A stretch of DNA of 64,000 nt from Acidimicrobiales bacterium (GTDB lineage Bacteria > Actinomycetota > Acidimicrobiia > Acidimicrobiales > SZUA-35): positions 9,234 to 73,233 of the forward strand of contig JBLINY010000009.1 of assembly GCA_047638695.1 (NCBI GenBank), in the 5' to 3' direction. A program made the position numbers and the translations under genes. How positions within the stretch are numbered: position 1 is the stretch's first letter; each line of letters opens with the position of its first letter. Below, in pieces: positions 61,617 to 64,000 of this stretch. Under the pieces are notes generated by a model. It ran no database searches, was not told where the DNA came from, and saw only the letters and a program-made list of their open reading frames with translations.

Positions 61617-63038
61617 CTAACGCTGGGGCAAGGTTGCCTTGGGCTGCCCGGGAAGGAACCAGGCGAAGACAAGGGCCGCGCCGGCCACCACAGCCGACAC
61701 CAACCACACTCGGTCGAAGATGGCGACGGCCTCGACTCCGCTGGCAGCGCCAATGGTCCCCACGACGAAGGCGGGGCCAAGAACGGTGCCGATTGATCGG
61801 GCCGCTCCATTGGTGGCGCTCGCCACGGCGAGCCGTGCGGGCGGTACGTCGCAGACAGAAATGCTCGAGACATTGGTGAAGGTGAGTCCAACCCCGGTAC
61901 CGAAACAAAGGGCGGCGGGAAACCAGCGTGTCCAGTAGGCCGGTTCAGTGCCGATCCCGAATGCGAGGAAGATGAGTGCGGCTGCAAACAGTGCAATGCC
62001 GGGAATGATCAGGGCCCGTGGACCGATGCGATCAGCGGCGCGCCCTGCCAGTTGCGCAACCAGAGCGGCGCTGAGCGGACTCGGCGTGATACCGAATCCG
62101 GCTTCGGTCTGGGAATAGCCCCAGACCCTCGAAAGAAAGAGCACGTTGTTGAGGATCATGGCCGAGAACGCCACGTTGAAGAGCAGGTTCACAATGTTCC
62201 CTGCGTTGAATGAACGAAGCCGAAAAAGGGCAAGATCGAGAACCGGTACAGGGTGTCGACTGGATCGGTACGTGACCACGACGGCGAAGATCGGCCCAGC
62301 CGCCAGTGTGCCGACGGTGCGAGGATCGGCCCATCCCCACTCGCCGCTCTGGCCTAGTCCTAGCGCCAAGGCACCCACCGCCAGAGCGCTCAACGCTATG
62401 CCGAGAGCGTCAGGAGCGCCGGCCTGGGCGTCCCCCTGATCGCGTTCCAGCCAACGGTGGCCGAACCATCCGAGCAACAGGCAGACGGGCACGTTGAACC
62501 AGAAAATCCAACGCCAGCCGAGGGTGTCCACCACCAGGCCGCCGAAGGCGGGCCCTCCGGCGGCCGCGACTGCTCCGACCGAACCCCAGATTCCGATGAC
62601 GGTCGACCGTTTACTCGGGGGATAGATGGTGAGGAGCAGGGCCAGCGACGTAGGTGTTACGAGTGCGGCACCTACGCCTTGCACCATTCGGGCTCCAATG
62701 ATGGCCGCGGGACTCCATGCGACCGCTCCGAGAACCGAAGCTGCACCAAACACGGCCACGCCAACAAGGAAGGTGCGGGTTCGCCCATAGGCGTCGGCGA
62801 TACGACCGGCGGCGATGAGTAGTGCAGCCGTCATTGTGGTGTAGCCGGTGAGTGTCCAGCCCAGTGTCGCGGTGGAGGTGCCGCTGAACTCGGTAACCAG
62901 AGCATCGAACGCAACATTCATGGCGCTGAGGGCCACCGAGACGATGCCAAACGATCCGGCCAACACGGCGAGGGCCCGACCTCCGTCACCTGCGGCGGTG
63001 CCTCGAGAAGAAGCTCGGGTTGTGACGAGCGATCTCAT
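61617..63038 (-). CDS. MFS transporter, DHA2-like
   Basis: ORF 61617..63260. ATG 63038 (MRSLVTTRASS...) is preferred because the upstream extension is Arg/Pro-rich and overlaps the divergent gene. About 14 hydrophobic helices. GRIADAYGRTRT motif. Confidence 0.8.
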   Translation of the reverse strand: MRSLVTTRASSRGTAAGDGGRALAVLAGSFGIVSVALSAMNVAFDALVTEFSGTSTATLGWTLTGYTTMTAALLIAAGRIADAYGRTRTFLVGVAVFGAASVLGAVAWSPAAIIGARMVQGVGAALVTPTSLALLLTIYPPSKRSTVIGIWGSVGAVAAAGGPAFGGLVVDTLGWRWIFWFNVPVCLLLGWFGHRWLERDQGDAQAGAPDALGIALSALAVGALALGLGQSGEWGWADPRTVGTLAAGPIFAVVVTYRSSRHPVPVLDLALFRLRSFNAGNIVNLLFNVAFSAMILNNVLFLSRVWGYSQTEAGFGITPSPLSAALVAQLAGRAADRIGPRALIIPGIALFAAALIFLAFGIGTEPAYWTRWFPAALCFGTGVGLTFTNVSSISVCDVPPARLAVASATNGAARSIGTVLGPAFVVGTIGAASGVEAVAIFDRVWLVSAVVAGAALVFAWFLPGQPKATLPQR

Positions 63039-63108
63039 GGCCAGAGCGACCCTAGTCACGTGGCTTGGGACAGGCAGCACCCGATCGGCCAGGTGTAGCG
63101 TCTTGGGT

Positions 63109-63741
63109 ATGCCAGAACTCGACCACCTCATCTTTGCCTCGGGTGATCTCGACCGGGGAATCGCCCGCATCACCGAACTGACGGGAGCCGAGGCGGTCTT
63201 CGGCGGTCCGCACGTCGGACTCGGTACTCGGAACGCCCTCCTTACCTTCGATGAGCGCACCTATTTCGAAGTGATCGCGGTCGATCCCGATCAGCCAAAT
63301 CCAGGCCGGACCCGTCCCTTCGATCTCGTGCCTGACAGCCCACCCCGGTTGGCCGGCTACGCCATTCACCCGACGGGTTCCGAGACGCTCGAAGACGTGG
63401 CAGCACGTATGCGGTCGGCCGGGTTCGACCCCGGAAAGGTGGCGGAGATGAGCCGTCAGAAGCCCGATGGCGAGCTGCTGGCCTGGCGGTTAACCGTCGA
63501 CACAAGCGGCGTCCGATTTGGCGACGGGGCGCTGCCATTTGCCATCGACTGGGGAGACAGCCCGAGCCCGGCAACGTCGTTGCCATCGATGGGCAGGCTC
63601 GTCTCGCTCGTCGTAAGCCACCCGGATGCCGGGGTGCGTGCCAACGCTGAGGCCCTCGGGTTGGCTATCGAGGTGACCGAGGGACCGGTCGGTCTGGTTG
63701 CGACCGTCGACACGGCCAACGGTCAGGTTCAAATCTCCTAG
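63109..63741 (+). CDS. VOC / glyoxalase-like domain protein
   Basis: In-frame ATG 63109 within ORF 62848..63741. MPELDHLIFASGDLDRGIARITELTGA...GGPHVGLGTRNALL is typical of the Glyoxalase-like (PF13468-type) family. Confidence 0.7.
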   Translation: MPELDHLIFASGDLDRGIARITELTGAEAVFGGPHVGLGTRNALLTFDERTYFEVIAVDPDQPNPGRTRPFDLVPDSPPRLAGYAIHPTGSETLEDVAARMRSAGFDPGKVAEMSRQKPDGELLAWRLTVDTSGVRFGDGALPFAIDWGDSPSPATSLPSMGRLVSLVVSHPDAGVRANAEALGLAIEVTEGPVGLVATVDTANGQVQIS

Positions 63742-63798
63742 CACTTCAGATCTCCTAGCTGTCCAAGTCTCGTAGTTGCCCAAATCTCGCAACTGAAG
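63731..63798. repeat. Degenerate 17-bp tandem repeat x4 (AAATCTCCTAGCACTTC) starting on the stop codon of the VOC gene
   Basis: Copies at 63731, 63748, 63765 and 63782. TAG at 63739 (real stop), 63756 and 63773, covering all three frames. Confidence 0.85.
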
Positions 63799-63852
63799 GG
63801 ACTAATTCACCGCCGCCTTTCTCCATTCGAGCAGACGTTCTAGATTCGTCCA

Positions 63853-64000
63853 ATGGTCGATATGCCAAATGGAACTGTCACATGCGAAATCGTCGATGAT
63901 GTGGCCACGGTCACGCTCAGCCGGCCAGAGTCGCTGAACTCGATGACCGATGACTTGATGCGAGACATCAGCAGTGCTGTGGCCATGGCTGAAGAAGGCG
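63853..64000 (+). CDS. Enoyl-CoA hydratase/isomerase (crotonase) family protein, 3' end outside the window
   Basis: My own translation: MVDMPNGTVTCEIVDDVATVTLSRPESLNSMTDDLMRDISSAVAMAEEG (ATG 63853 or 63862). This is the classic crotonase N-terminus. Confidence 0.7.
   Translation, partial: MVDMPNGTVTCEIVDDVATVTLSRPESLNSMTDDLMRDISSAVAMAEEG

Noticed and set aside
1-64000. Mobile elements, prophage, an integrative island or defence systems. I searched for integrase, transposase, recombinase, terminal inverted repeats, tRNA attachment sites, and restriction, toxin-antitoxin or Cas-like genes.
   Set aside because: None was recognised. The only STAND NTPase (35318..37984) has a cyclase effector and a regulatory context typical of actinobacterial signalling proteins rather than Avs-type defence proteins. 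The oxygenase island has no detectable flanking repeats.

Overview
High-GC (about 60%) chromosomal segment of actinobacterial type, judged from F420-type LLM and PPOX enzymes, frequent GTG/TTG starts and 4-nt overlapping stop/start junctions. It is densely coding on both strands. I recognised no rRNA, tRNA, CRISPR array, transposase, integrase or phage genes. Most genes encode CoA-dependent and oxidative catabolism: six family III CoA-transferase domains (two of them fused double-domain proteins), acyl-CoA dehydrogenase-like flavoenzymes, an acyl-CoA ligase, a thiolase-like/DUF35 pair, a MaoC hydratase, a Baeyer-Villiger monooxygenase, aldo-keto reductases, SDRs, two D-aminoacylase-like amidohydrolases, nitroreductases, MFS and ABC-2 exporters. 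Three things stand out. (1) A 13-kb island (25.0-38.0 kb) combines a fatty-acid desaturase, a PhyH dioxygenase, an alpha-dioxygenase/cyclooxygenase-type heme enzyme, a PLAT-less lipoxygenase homologue, a DyP peroxidase coupled to an unknown protein, a mini-catalase of the allene-oxide-synthase size class, a PaaX-type repressor and a cyclase-STAND-TPR regulator. This is a candidate bacterial oxylipin or lipid-peroxide system. (2) An orphan GrdB/PrdB-family gene (40987-41907) is interrupted only by an in-frame TGA in a U-x-x-C motif with a downstream hairpin, so it is a probable selenoprotein. (3) Locally generated 9-19 bp tandem repeats recur exactly at gene 3' ends. They often re-copy the stop codon, and in three arrays they place it in all three frames. 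There are also two decayed loci: a haloalkane-dehalogenase/Rieske-oxygenase chimeric remnant and an MhpA-like monooxygenase pseudogene. All family assignments come from motif recognition by eye and need HMM or BLAST confirmation.
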